The notes under the pieces: generated by a model
Told to the model about the DNA's origin: nothing
The model's database searches: none
What the model saw: the letters and a program-made list of their open reading frames with translations, nothing else
Position numbers and translations under genes: made by a program
Assembly: GCF_038025025.1 (NCBI RefSeq)
Contig: NW_027117353.1
Span: 186,001-250,000, forward strand
Source of the DNA: Phyllosticta citribraziliensis
Lineage: Eukaryota
Direction: 5' to 3'
DNA: 64,000 nt
Part shown: positions 12,507 through 24,007 of the stretch, piece after piece
How positions within the stretch are numbered: the first letter of the stretch is position 1
Layout: each line of letters starts with the position of its first letter

Positions 12507-12912
12507 CAAAGCTGTACCGCAAACACTTCCAACTCCCGGCCTGGATGGTCCTAGTTTAGGACGCAGCATTAACCTCAAGCTTTCCCACATTGCGACTGGT
12601 CAAAACTCAAGTCTCCCTTTTGACACGTTCGAGACCTCTTGGCACGTCTATATAAACAGCCGCGACCTCTTGACAAGGCATCTGTATTAAGCTGTCTTAG
12701 AGACCGTACTTGCTTATAACAGCGATAGACAGAAGCTGGTCTAAGCGCTGTGCTCTCAACCCTAGCGCTTAAGGCTCCCTTGTTGTTCAGCCTCTGTCAA
12801 CTCACATCTTCATCTTGACAGGACGACTCTCGCCTCACTATTATAACGTCGCCAAAGAAGTTTGCTGTGATAGCTACAACAGCGCTAGCCTCAAGGGCCG
12901 CTTTTCATCACA

Positions 12913-15900
12913 ATGGCCATTGATGCAACCAATCCATACTGGGTTCGGAAGCAGCTCGAGTGGCTTACGGCCCCGCGTCCATCGCTGCAAGAGCGGTTGG
13001 CTCGTGGCCGTGATCGGATCCGAGATCAATATGCAGCAGCAGAGAGGGCGCATTATGCCCGACTACAAAATCAAGCTGCCCAGGGTTCTCCGTCAATGGG
13101 AGTATGTCCCCATTCACCCTATTCATTACTTGTCGCGGCGAGGACTAACATCCTACTGAACTAGCCTCCCCAAGGTACCCACAGTACTCCATACCTCCAG
13201 CACATGAGCGCTCCTGGAGCGCAGAAACGAAAAGAGCCTGACTGGAACACCAATGCATACGCCAATGGTCAGCCAGCTCAAAGGCAGAGAGTTCCAATCT
13301 CAAGGGCAAATCCTTCACCACCGTCTACTGGACCGCCAGGAAGATCATTGTCCAACCCAGGGCAAGGTTTTTCTTCTATGCCCGCTCACCCGCCCACGCT
13401 TATGGGGACATCTTATGCTTGGAATCCCGCTTGTGCGATCGGCCAAAACCAAGGACCTGTCCAGGCGTCCCCAGTTGCGCTCAACGGGAGCAGTCACTGG
13501 ATGCCATCATCACAAAATCACCAGCGCAGCCCTGTCCCTCAACCCAATCAGCAGCAGTCACATGCCCCTGCGCCAACATCTCGGGCTGCGCCGGCAACTA
13601 CGGTCACGCGGGAGACGCAACCTCACATGACCCCTTCAGTAAGAACCGGAAGTCTCTCATCTTCGACACCCTCTTCTCCGGCAGTCACGATCAAGCAGGA
13701 AATCCCAGCCTCAAATCCAGCACAGCGGTCATCCACTGAACCACAAGCCCACAATAGCCGCTCTACAACTATCGAAGCTGGATCGCCAGCTGGTCCAATC
13801 AGTGGCACCTCATCACCACGCCGAGAGGGTTTACTAGATGCCAATGTCATCCAGTTGCCAGAAACGCGCTCACATCGGTCTTCGGATGCTTGGCAGAGCA
13901 ATTCACTCTCAGAAGTTCAAAGGCCAACTCCAAGGCTCCCTGTCGTCGATTCATCATCGGCAAATATTGCACCACATTCACCAGCTTCACCTGGCATCAA
14001 CAGCGCGGAGGCGTCAGCTTCGAGCCCAGCCGTTGGTAACGCAGATGCAGGCGAAAGTCACTCTTTGGTGGATAAGGCGATTTCACAGTCAACACCTAGC
14101 TCGACAAATGGCCCCACAGCTTCACCTACGGCGCCAAACACGGGCGGGTCAAATGCCACAGAAACCACGCCGGCCATACCAAAGCAGTCACATGCTGCTG
14201 CGGCCGCTGCCCCATCTCCGGGCACAAGTAGCGGCACGGCTCGAGCGTCCCCTGCAAGTCCTCTTATGGTCCCATTGGATCGCAGGCCAGCAGATGAAGC
14301 GATGCCGGCAACCGATACTGCAGTCGATGAACCCATGTTTGTCGACCACAACATGGATATAGAAGATGTCCATACGGAAGCGGCAGGCGACACTACGCCT
14401 CCCGAAGTCGACGCAGCACAGCCACAGGTTGACTCTCCGAAGGAAGCCTCGAATGACGCTGGTTCAGCGGCGCGCAGCGATCCATCGGCTCAAGCTGCTG
14501 AGTCAAACTCGAGGGCATCGTCTTCGTCCCTCTCCTCACTCGTTGGGTCTCCCTCAGAGCCCTCGAATCATGGCTCGCCTGAGGTCGAGAGTGGAAGACA
14601 AGAATCGCGTCCATTGGTCGCTTCTTCGACCAGCTGCTTGAATGAAAACACTTCCTATGCGGCGGCGGCTTCAAACGCGTCTGCCGATTTCCGCAACGTT
14701 CCAAAGTCGCCCATGGCAGATCGTTTTTCCCCCAATACTGGATCTGTCACACGCGAATCTCTCCCGGCCAGGCGGCCATCTGACAACGTGTGGTCTGATA
14801 GGCGACGCCCTAGTGCGCGACAAGTCTCGCCAGCGGCAGGATCGTCGAATAATTCTGCATCAGGCAACACGGCATCAAAGACATCTTCCGAAAGTGCCAT
14901 TCGATCGTCCGCCGACATTCGACATCGCCTGGAGAAGAATTGGCCAGATGCAAACTTGAAAAATTACGAGTCATTCACTCGAAATATGCTCGAGAAGATT
15001 GCAGCCTTGGCTGCAAAAGGCGTCCCTGAGCGTGTCGTTCGAGCGCACATCAATATAGAGGCGCTACAGCGCATGGAAAAGAAAATCAAAAACTCTGGAG
15101 CAACTGTTTCTGGAGATCCTTATCCGACTGAGTACGACTGCAGCCGGGTCAAAGAGAAATACTGGGCTTGGAAGACCCAGAAGAAGAATGCAGGCGTTGC
15201 TCCTAAGCAATTCCCTCTTCCCGATGGGAATCAGGCTGAGCGCCTTATGCGCAAGCTCGCTGTCCACACATCCAGGGACGGATTTCTTGAGTACATGTAC
15301 CAGGACGAGCGGCCGCAGCTTACTGGTGCAGAAAGAAGTGGCAACACGCACACAGCGCGCCCTGAGCGAACAGGGCAGGCGTCACTGGCACCGGGTCCTG
15401 GACGACAGCTCAAGCGGCCTGCGTGGTACACATCGATCAAACCGCAGGAGTGGCAGAGCAGGTCCAGGCATGCTGGTTATACCGGCGTCGATGCCAAACT
15501 TAGCAAAATCAAAAGGCTCATTAGGGACTGCGCCGAGAAAAAACTCGATGCATTTGACGACATCAGGAAGGAGCTACACCAGTTGGCCTTCTTGGAAGTC
15601 AACAAAATCGTGGTCCGAAAAACTCAGATGCTTCACGAAGACACGGGCTTGCCGCAGCTGTTTGCAGCCGAGTACAGCAAAGGTGTTGACTACCCGTGGG
15701 ATATCCAAGCGGACGCCTTGGAACTGTACAACCGTTGGTGTTTACAGATTTTCTCTACCGATCTCTTGCGGGGAATCGTCAAGTCGCAAAAGGCCCACAA
15801 CAGGAGTACGGATCGTATCGAGCCTGGATTCCCGGGCAAGTCGGGCGCAGCCTACTATGGCCAGGGCGATCTTGTCAACGGCCAGTGGTGGCCGACTCAG

Positions 15901-16380
15901 CTCTGCACCGTCCGAGACGGAGCTCACGGGTCCACCCAAGGCGGCATCTACTCTGTGAAGGGGAAGGCCGCCTTTTCCATCATTGTGTCCGGAGGCTCCC
16001 AATACAATGATCGCGATGAGGGACACGAGCTGCGGTATTCGGGTACAAATTCGACTGACGGGAAATACACGGAAAACACACAGAGCTTGATTCTGAGCGT
16101 CGAGGACAAGAAGCCTGTCCGGGTCATCCGCTCACACAATATTCACAAGGGCGCAAGCAAGTACCGGCCTGCGCGTGGCTTCCGTTACGACGGCCTGTAT
16201 GACGTCGTCGGCTACCAGGTTGTGGACGAGTCGAAGAAAGCATGTCTCTTCCACATGGTACGCAGGCCAGATCAAGACCCCATCCGTGCCGAGGGCAAGG
16301 CCATGCGGCCCACCGAGGAAGAGATTGCCGAGTACGACAAGATCAAAAAAGAGCTCAACTCGGTGGGCTCGGAAATTTGA
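12913..16380 (+). CDS. SRA/YDG-domain protein with long disordered N-terminus, no RING/SET/PHD seen; probably 2 exons
   Basis: C-terminal GQWWPTQLCTVRDGAHGSTQGGI...SIIVSGGSQYNDRDEG..LRYSG...PVRVIRS...GFRYDGLYDV. A likely first exon from ATG 12913 is joined by a GTATGT...CTAAC...AG intron (~13102-13170) to ORF 13204..16380. Confidence 0.8.
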
Positions 16381-17533
16381 GGGAGTGGTGGAATTGGTTT
16401 GATGTGTCTCTGTTATGGTGCGGCATGATACCCAAAATTGCTGTCTCTTCTGCGTATAGACTGTCTTTTTACGGCTTCTGGGTGGATTTCCTGATGGCGA
16501 AACGGCGCTTCTGAGGCTAGCTTGCCGCCTATGGAGTTCAGTCTTTTGAGGTGGTGCCTTGTGGCAAGGGAGGAAAAATGGCGTTGCTTCAGGTCGGCGA
16601 TTCAAAAGGGTGGTTTCGAGTTGCTTCTCGACTGGGTGAGTGGCCGTCAGGCTGGAAAGGGGAATGAGGGAAATTCAAAGGCACGATTGCTGTGTCGAGG
16701 CCGACAAAGGCAGGCCCGGAGAACTAGCTACCTTCGCTGATGCACACGGTGGAAGTGCAAAAAAACCTTCTTTACTCGATTTACGCGTGATTCCAGCTGC
16801 GAGTAGAGGACGACAAAGGGTCCGTCCAACGGCCGAGGCATCAGACCTCTGTATGTATTGTGGCACTCATGAATCGTAAGTAAAGTGACGGCGTTCACAC
16901 AGATCATAATGCCAGCAACATAGGAGGAATGCGGGCTACGAGTGGAGAGATTGTGGTTCACGAGACTTGCGCACCCTCCTTGCTGACACAGCAGACGGTA
17001 CCTTGCATGATTCGCGACAACAAGGAAGTGAGACGGCACAAAAGAACGCATTATCGTTCAATGAGGGAGTGGAAGGTCGCCGGAGCAAGCGCAGTGCTCT
17101 GCGGTGCTAAGGCGCGGTGGGTGAGGTGGGCGGACATAGGCAGACGGCTAAACATCGGGGCCGAGGCGTAGCGGCAGACGTCTGGGTCGTATCTCGACCG
17201 CTTGCGGCGGGCCAACACTCATCCTCTACCTTGCAAGCAAAGACAAAGACGCAACCCCCGCCGTCGCAGAACATCACGACACGATAACTCGCCCGTATTG
17301 TTGATAGCAAGACAGAGTAGCGACTAGACAGAAGGCGCAGAGCAGCAGAGCGACCGGTGGAGAGCCGACGAACGTCGGTCGGGCCCCTCCCCATTCCAGC
17401 GACCTCTCAGCCAGCCGGCAGCCAGTCAACACACGTCACGCGGCTGCGTTTGCGATTCCCGCTACGCTACCATCACGCAACCTGACGACACGACCACGGC
17501 CGTCACGTCACAGGCAATCGATCAGCCATCATC

Positions 17534-19368
17534 ATGTCCAACACCATCACCGTCAGTAGTGAAGCCCGCCCTCTGCCCTTGAAGCGCTCGCTCTGTTCCC
17601 TTTGTCGCGAACCAACAACGCTGCGCAACATGGGCTGACCATCAACGACGAGTGCAGGGCGCCATCTTCGGCCAGATCATCGAGCGGGTCGTCGTAGCGT
17701 CGCAGAATGACTTTGAGGAGAGCGGCGTCGACCAGCAGACGCTGCAGGAGATGAAGGAGGTAGGTGCAACAGCAGTTTCGCATCGTCGGTTGTCGTCATG
17801 GGTCTTTTTCCCTTTGATACGTCATGCGCAGCGCCCGCGGGAGCCGACGACGAGCTGCATGGCAACAACAGCGACGACGACGATGAAGAAAAACAAATTG
17901 GCGTTGTTGTCGTCTTGTGGTCGCAGTGCAGCTCCAGGCTGCCGGCCAGCGAGGGATGGCAGGAAAAGCGGGGTTGGCTGGGCTGGAAGGAGCCGGCGGG
18001 CTCAGAGGCGATCGGGGGGCGAGGGCAGCGCTGCCACTTTGTATCTGCCCTGCCTTTCGCCTATTTTATACCTCCTTCCGGCCCCGCTCAACCTGCGCCA
18101 ACCTGTTCCGGCTAGCGCTGCACGTGACGCCCTCGTGCACCACCACCACCAACACCATCACCATCACTACCCTCCATCTTGTTCAATCTAGCTGACCGTC
18201 CCTCTCGCAGATTTGGCAAAAGAAGCTGTCCGCCCTCCATGTCGCCCAGATGCCCTGGGACCCGGCCCCGCCGCCGCCCATGCAAATCTCAAATCCCCCG
18301 ACCGTCCCATCCAACGACAGCTCCAAAGCCGTGCCCCAGCAGATGCAACCCCCTGCCTCTCAGCCTCCTCACCAGTACGCCCAGAATGCACAGGCCGGCG
18401 GCCCGAGGGTCAAGACCGAACCCGGATACCCTCCCAACATGCCCAACTACCAGATGAACGGCTACGGCTCCATGAATGGCTCCAACATTGCCCAGCAGCG
18501 CGCTGCCCAGCTGCTCCAGCAAAACTTTGGAGACCAGGCCAATGCCTCGATTGCGTCGGCCTATCCTCAGAACAATGTCGGCCTGCCTGGTCAACAGCAT
18601 CAACAGCACCAACAGCATCAACAGCAACGTCCCATGAACTTGCAGATGCCTCCCAATAGGCAGCATCAGCAGCATGCGGCTCAACACCCACCCCAGCAGC
18701 CGCAACAGCAGCAACAGCAGCAGCAGGGTCCTCCGTCGCAAAACCCACAGCAGCAACAGAGCTCAGTATATGCTGCCCAGACTGACGGCGCTGGCGATGC
18801 TGACCTGGCCGACTGGAACGCCTTGGTTGCTTCAAGACGTGCCGAGGCTGCCGGTGACCTTAGCGCCATGCATGCCGCAGATGGCATGCTGCGGGCGCAG
18901 TTCGAGCAGCGCATGGACGTCATCGAAAGTGGCTTGATGCAGCCGCTCGAGGAGCTCCCCAGCGCCAAGGGCAAAGGCAAGAAGCGCAGAAGCGCGCCGG
19001 CGCTCGCTCGCGCCACGCCCGCTGTGTCGAGCAGCAGCATCATCCCGCAGCTGGACGGCGAGCTGGGCGTCGACGACGACGCGAAGCCGGAAGAAAACGA
19101 CGACGAGGCCATCAACTCGGACCTCGACGACTCGGACGAGGAGCAGATCCAAGGCGAGGAGGACGGCCCGCAGGGCGACACGATGATTTGCACGTACGAC
19201 AAGGTGCAGCGCGTCAAGAACAAGTGGAAGTGCACGCTCAAGGACGGCATCCTGTCGACGGGCGGCAAAGAGTAGGTGTGCCCCGATCCCTCTCCGCAAC
19301 GCATGCAACTGACTCCTGTCTTTTCTAGCTACCTCTTCCACAAGGCCCAGGGCGAGTTTGAGTGGTAG
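17534..19368 (+). CDS. TOA1: Transcription initiation factor IIA large (alpha/beta) subunit; exons 17534-17551, 17658-17759, 18211-19271, 19329-19368
   Basis: IIERVVVASQNDFEESGVD..WQKKL, Q-rich linker, AINSDLDDSD, MICTYDKVQRVKNKWKCTLKDG and terminal KAQGEFEW. Confidence 0.95.
17926..18123 (+). other. Predicted long nested RNA hairpin inside TOA1 intron 2
   Basis: Concentric complementary arms: 17926-17932/18117-18123, 17980-17992/18072-18084, 18006-18011/18057-18062 and 18022-18028/18045-18051, plus shorter helices between them. Confidence 0.7.
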
Positions 19369-19865
19369 ACGTTCGACCGACTGGGTTCACGCCGAAAATG
19401 GCTGGCGGCTCCAACCAACCACGATGACATCCATTGATGATGATGGGTGGTGGGTGGGCTTCCTGCTGCCGGCTGCGGGCCCCCTGAACGTGCCTTTTTT
19501 CCTTTTCACTCGACCCCAACAACAACACTCACTCACTTCGTCGTGTACTATAACTCCCCACCTCCTCCTGATCCGTCCTTCTCCCTCTCCCTCTTCCCAG
19601 TACGGCCTCTTTTTCTTCCTTCTTCCTTATTTCTTTCTCAATCAACAATCATCCAACCAAATCAACCTGACCAGTCGATCAATCACTCGGCAAAATGTGT
19701 GCATCAAAAAACTCTCTCAAACAGACAAAAAGAAAAGAAAGTAAAAGACAAAAAATGCTTTTTTCGAAGGGGCATTGATCCGTTGGATACATGTCCTGCG
19801 TTTTGCCTAGGTTGCATTGCAGCCTTTCTTTTCGCTGCTTGCTTGCGGCGTGCGTGGCTTAGTTG

Positions 19866-19949
19866 GCTGCGCTGCGCTGCGCTGCGCTGCGCTGCGTTTC
19901 ACTGCTACGGCGGCATGGACGTCGCGTCGTCGTCGTCGTCGTCGTCGTC
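19866..19949. repeat. Microsatellites (GCTGC)6 and (GTC)8
   Basis: Direct reading at 19866-19895 and 19926-19949, within an SSR-rich intergenic stretch (~19400-21000). Confidence 0.9.
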
Positions 19950-21742
19950 GCTTTCTCCGTCTGCCTGGAACATTGCGCATGCGTCGTGGCTTCGTGGCTT
20001 CTCGCGTCAGTCACTCACTCTGCCCGCGTCGTCGGCACGCGGACGGAGCGCGTTTGCGTTTACATTGCAGCCCTTCTACCTCCACCTACCTACGTCAGTG
20101 ACAGCGCAGACAGGCGGGCGAGCAAGCGGGCGAGCAGGCATTCAAATGGCAATCATTTGTCGTCTGTCGAGGCAACGGGGCGGGGCGGGGCGGGCCGGGG
20201 AGTCATGGCTGCTATGCCTCGGTGGTGGGCATGAGGCGGGCGGGCAGATGGATGGATGGATGAGAAGCTAGCTAGGTAGCTAGCTAGTCGCAGCTTCATG
20301 GCTTCATGGACAGACGAATGGACGGATGGGAGGATGGGAGGATGAGGGAAGGATGCAAGGAAGGGTAGACGCGCCCTGTCTGTCCTGTCCTGTTCCCCCC
20401 CTTCTGTCACTGCTGCGAGTCTGACCGTCGTCCGCCCATCTATTTCTTTTCCTTCCTCTTTTCCTCTCCTTCTCCTTCCATTCCATTACGTTAATGCTAC
20501 AGTCGGCGTTAAACTTCAGGTTCATACTCAGGTTCAGGTTCGGGTTCGGGGTCAAATCAAGTCCGGGTTCATTTTCATTTCCAACTCCTCTTTCAGAAGG
20601 GCGGGCAGGCAGGAAAGAAAGCATGAATGAATGAAGGTATTGGTTGCCGTTGCGGTCGTGAATCTGCCGGGTAGGAAGGAGGGCGGAGAGGGAGGAGGGG
20701 GGCAAAGGATAGGCGCATCAATCAAGGAAGCCATTCATCTCTATGTCACCTGTGTGCAGTCATCGAGATTTTGAACCGATTCACATACATACACCGGGCC
20801 AATCAAGTCAATCAATCAGTCAATCGCATTGTTGTTGTCTAGTGCTTCTCTAAAGGCTGAGCGGGAGGGGAGGGGGGAGACGTGTAGGAAGGACTTGAGG
20901 CGACGCTGTCGTGGCTTGTGGCAGACGAGTGCTTGCTTGCTTGCTTGCTTCTACATTACCTAGCGTCAATCCAGATGTCGAGACGAAGAACGCGTGGCAG
21001 ACGTGACTTTGATCAAAACCCCGGGGCCGCAGCACACTTGGATTTCTGATCAGGACACGAACGGAACCGCGCGGGGCAAGTGAATACACCTTGGCGAGTC
21101 GCACGCCGCGTCAAATGAGGCCAGTCAGCCATGCCCACACCCACACCCATACCACCACCGCAAGCAGCGTCACGGAGAAGCAGACTTTCGTCAAGGGAAA
21201 ACAGCATTAAGCGAGAAAAGAGAAAGAAGAAGCCCCGGGAAGCAAAGCCAAAGGCAAGCAGGCAGACCGCAGAAAGAAAGAAAAAGCCAGTACCTCGCCC
21301 ATCGAAACATTTACATGAAACGCAAGGAAAGAAGAAGCAAGAACCGCCGTGGGGGAAGGGCTTCGGGTATATCAGTAAGGGAACTGCGTGCTCGTAAGGA
21401 GCAAAAACAACCCCGGAAGAAAAGAAAAGAAAACGAGGAGAGACCGATTCGACGCCCCATTTTGTTGGCAAAGGAAAGTACGACGATGACCCAGAAGCAC
21501 AGGTCGAGTGACGAGGGTCGGTGATTTGGCCCTGGTGCGCTGCGATTGGGACATACTGATCGTGGCTTGCGGTCCTTTAGACTACGCGGCGAATGCTGAC
21601 TGCGGCTCGAAGATTATCCAGAAGATGAGTCCTATGACCCGTAGGAGGAAACTTCGGCCCAAGGTGGTTCGTCATTATCTATTACAACATGGCGGAAGCA
21701 AGATGAGAACTTGTTGTACCGAACGTGGCTCTGTCGACTTGA

Positions 21743-22889
21743 TCATAGACGCTTTCCCGGGACGAGGATGAACAGCAGGCAGAGAGCAGCGTCGCAAGCT
21801 GCAATCATGGTCAGAACGGTGAGGGCTCGTCGGCGCAGCATCTTCTTGACAAATGGCTCGCGAATCTTTCCGAAGTTGCCAAAGGTGGTCTCGGAGCGCA
21901 GCGCGAAAACGAGGAGTGGGTCCAGCATATATTGGTGTGTCGCCAGAGAGTAGACACCGACCGTGAATGGCAGAATCAGCCAGCAGCGAGTCGCGCGAGA
22001 GTAGTCGAGGAAAATGAGGGTAAAGGCAGCCCAGAAACCGCTGAACATGGCCAGCAAGCCAATGACGAGACGGACCATCATGCTTGGAGGGACAAGGTTG
22101 CCGAAAGCTTTGGCCTTGAGGAATCCAGGAAAAGCATCGCGCTCCATGGCCTGGAAGACGTAGTCCTTGGCGGAATCAAAGACCTCGGGATCGTCGCGGC
22201 TCTCGATTTCGATGTCGTGCGTCACCCTGTCTAAGATGCTTTGCGGGAGGATAATCTCACGCTCGGATCCAGGCAAGAGGTAGGTATAGAGAATCTTCTC
22301 CGCAGAAGCACGGATGTCGGCACGGGTGACGCTGTGTTGCTCGGGGGTGGTTTCGGCGCCGCCAGAAGAGTCTTGCATGGGAGAGCCGCTGTTTTGCGAG
22401 TTGATGTAGCTCGGGCGGGGCATGCTGTGTCCAGAGTCGTCGGTGCCAACACTGTTTTGAGGAGAGTGCCTGATGCCATCTTCTCTGAGAAAGGCGGACA
22501 GTCGCTGATCAGGAGTCTTGTCCTTCTCGGTCGAAGGACCGGCTTCTGCGACATTGTCCAGGATAGCCGAAGAGCGCTTGCTGCCAGCCTTTTCCAACTC
22601 TGGGGTGCCAAAGAGGTTGGTGCGGCGAAGCTCGCGGACATAGTGTCGGCATAGTGCCATATGCTGGGAGACATCAAGCCTGGAGGCGTGTTAGCTTGGC
22701 GGGGTGGAGTCGGGGAACGAGGACGCACCAAAAGTCCAGATAGTCGACGGAGCGCTGCTGGTCGCGCATGTAAATGTAGAAGAAGAAGAGGTCCACGGGT
22801 GCTGAGGTCCTCCGGGCCAGGACCTCATACAGAGTCGGCAAGCGCTCACGCGTTTGCTCCGGCCCCGGCGAGGTAGCAGGAGTCGACAT
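21743..22889 (-). CDS. RAX1: RGS-domain membrane protein Rax1 (polarity / bud-site selection), 2 exons
   Basis: RLPTLYEVLARRTSAPVDL..FYIYMRDQQRSVDYLDFW|LDVSQHM, DDPEVFDSAKDYVFQAMERDAFPGFL, three C-terminal TM helices and terminal VPGKRL. Confidence 0.9.
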
Positions 22890-24007
22890 GGTGAGCGATC
22901 AGAACGAAAAGTCTTGTCGAGACGAAGCAGTCCAGGTGTCGCAGGCAGGAAACGAAACGTCCAGGACGGAGGGCGCACTCGGATAGCTAAAAGGGCAGAG
23001 TGAACGAGTGATGTTGGTGCGCAGGGCGCCCTCTTGGTGACGCAGAGTCGGTCCTTGGAGTGGCAGCGGGGTTGCGAAGGAGAGCAAGCTGACGGAGCAG
23101 TGTTTGGGCGGCAGAGGCGCAGCGCGCAGCACGACGGGCGAAATGAGGAGTCGGAGCACAGAACGAATGACGGTCGCGGCTGTTTGGCGGTGGGACTGAG
23201 CGAGGAGAAGATTCGAAGGTGATCGCACAGCGACCGGGGAGGAGAGGCCCGGCGGTCAAATTGCGGACGCAAAAAGAGGTGGCTAACGGTGGATGCGAAG
23301 CGAAGGCGACGGCGGTGGAGGAGATGCGATGGTTGAAGGGAGGGCGCGTCGTGTTGTTCGTCTGGGTGGTGTACCTACTAGTGGGCTTCGGCCCAATCAG
23401 CCGCCGCGCAGCCCCTGGGCCCCGGCCGCCAAGCCTCATCTCCCGCCCACAGCACACCTCAGCCATTGTCGAATCACCGTCGCCCTGTCGTATGCACCAA
23501 AGACTTCATCTCATCGCTGTCCTGCCGTACGCCGCCAACTCGTCCCGCGACCTTTGACACCACCAGGCAGTCGTACATCTGGTTTTGCTGTCCTTATTGC
23601 GATCATCATTGCACGGCTTTGGGATCAGCCGTCCATCCGCTACTCTCCCGCTCTGACGACATCATTCCCCGACAACACGGTGTGTGCTCACAATAGCGCT
23701 GAGGAAATCTTGGGTTTCTTTCGGCACCGCGACCCTTTGTGTATAACTAGGTGATGCCTTTTTTCCATGTACCTGTTGAACCCGTTCCCTTTGCCATTCC
23801 TGCTTTTTCGACCAACAACTCCGTGCCTGTGCAAGTAATAACTTCTAGACGATGCCCGTGTGCATCTGTCTTCAAACGTTCCGCCATTGAATTGAACCCA
23901 TTTGGCAGTAGGCATCTTGGATATCAACAGAGAAGGAAAAAGTCCACAGCCTCCCTGGAGCCGCCTCATCCAGCCATGCTTGTTGTCCTCGAAAACCAAC
24001 CACTCCT

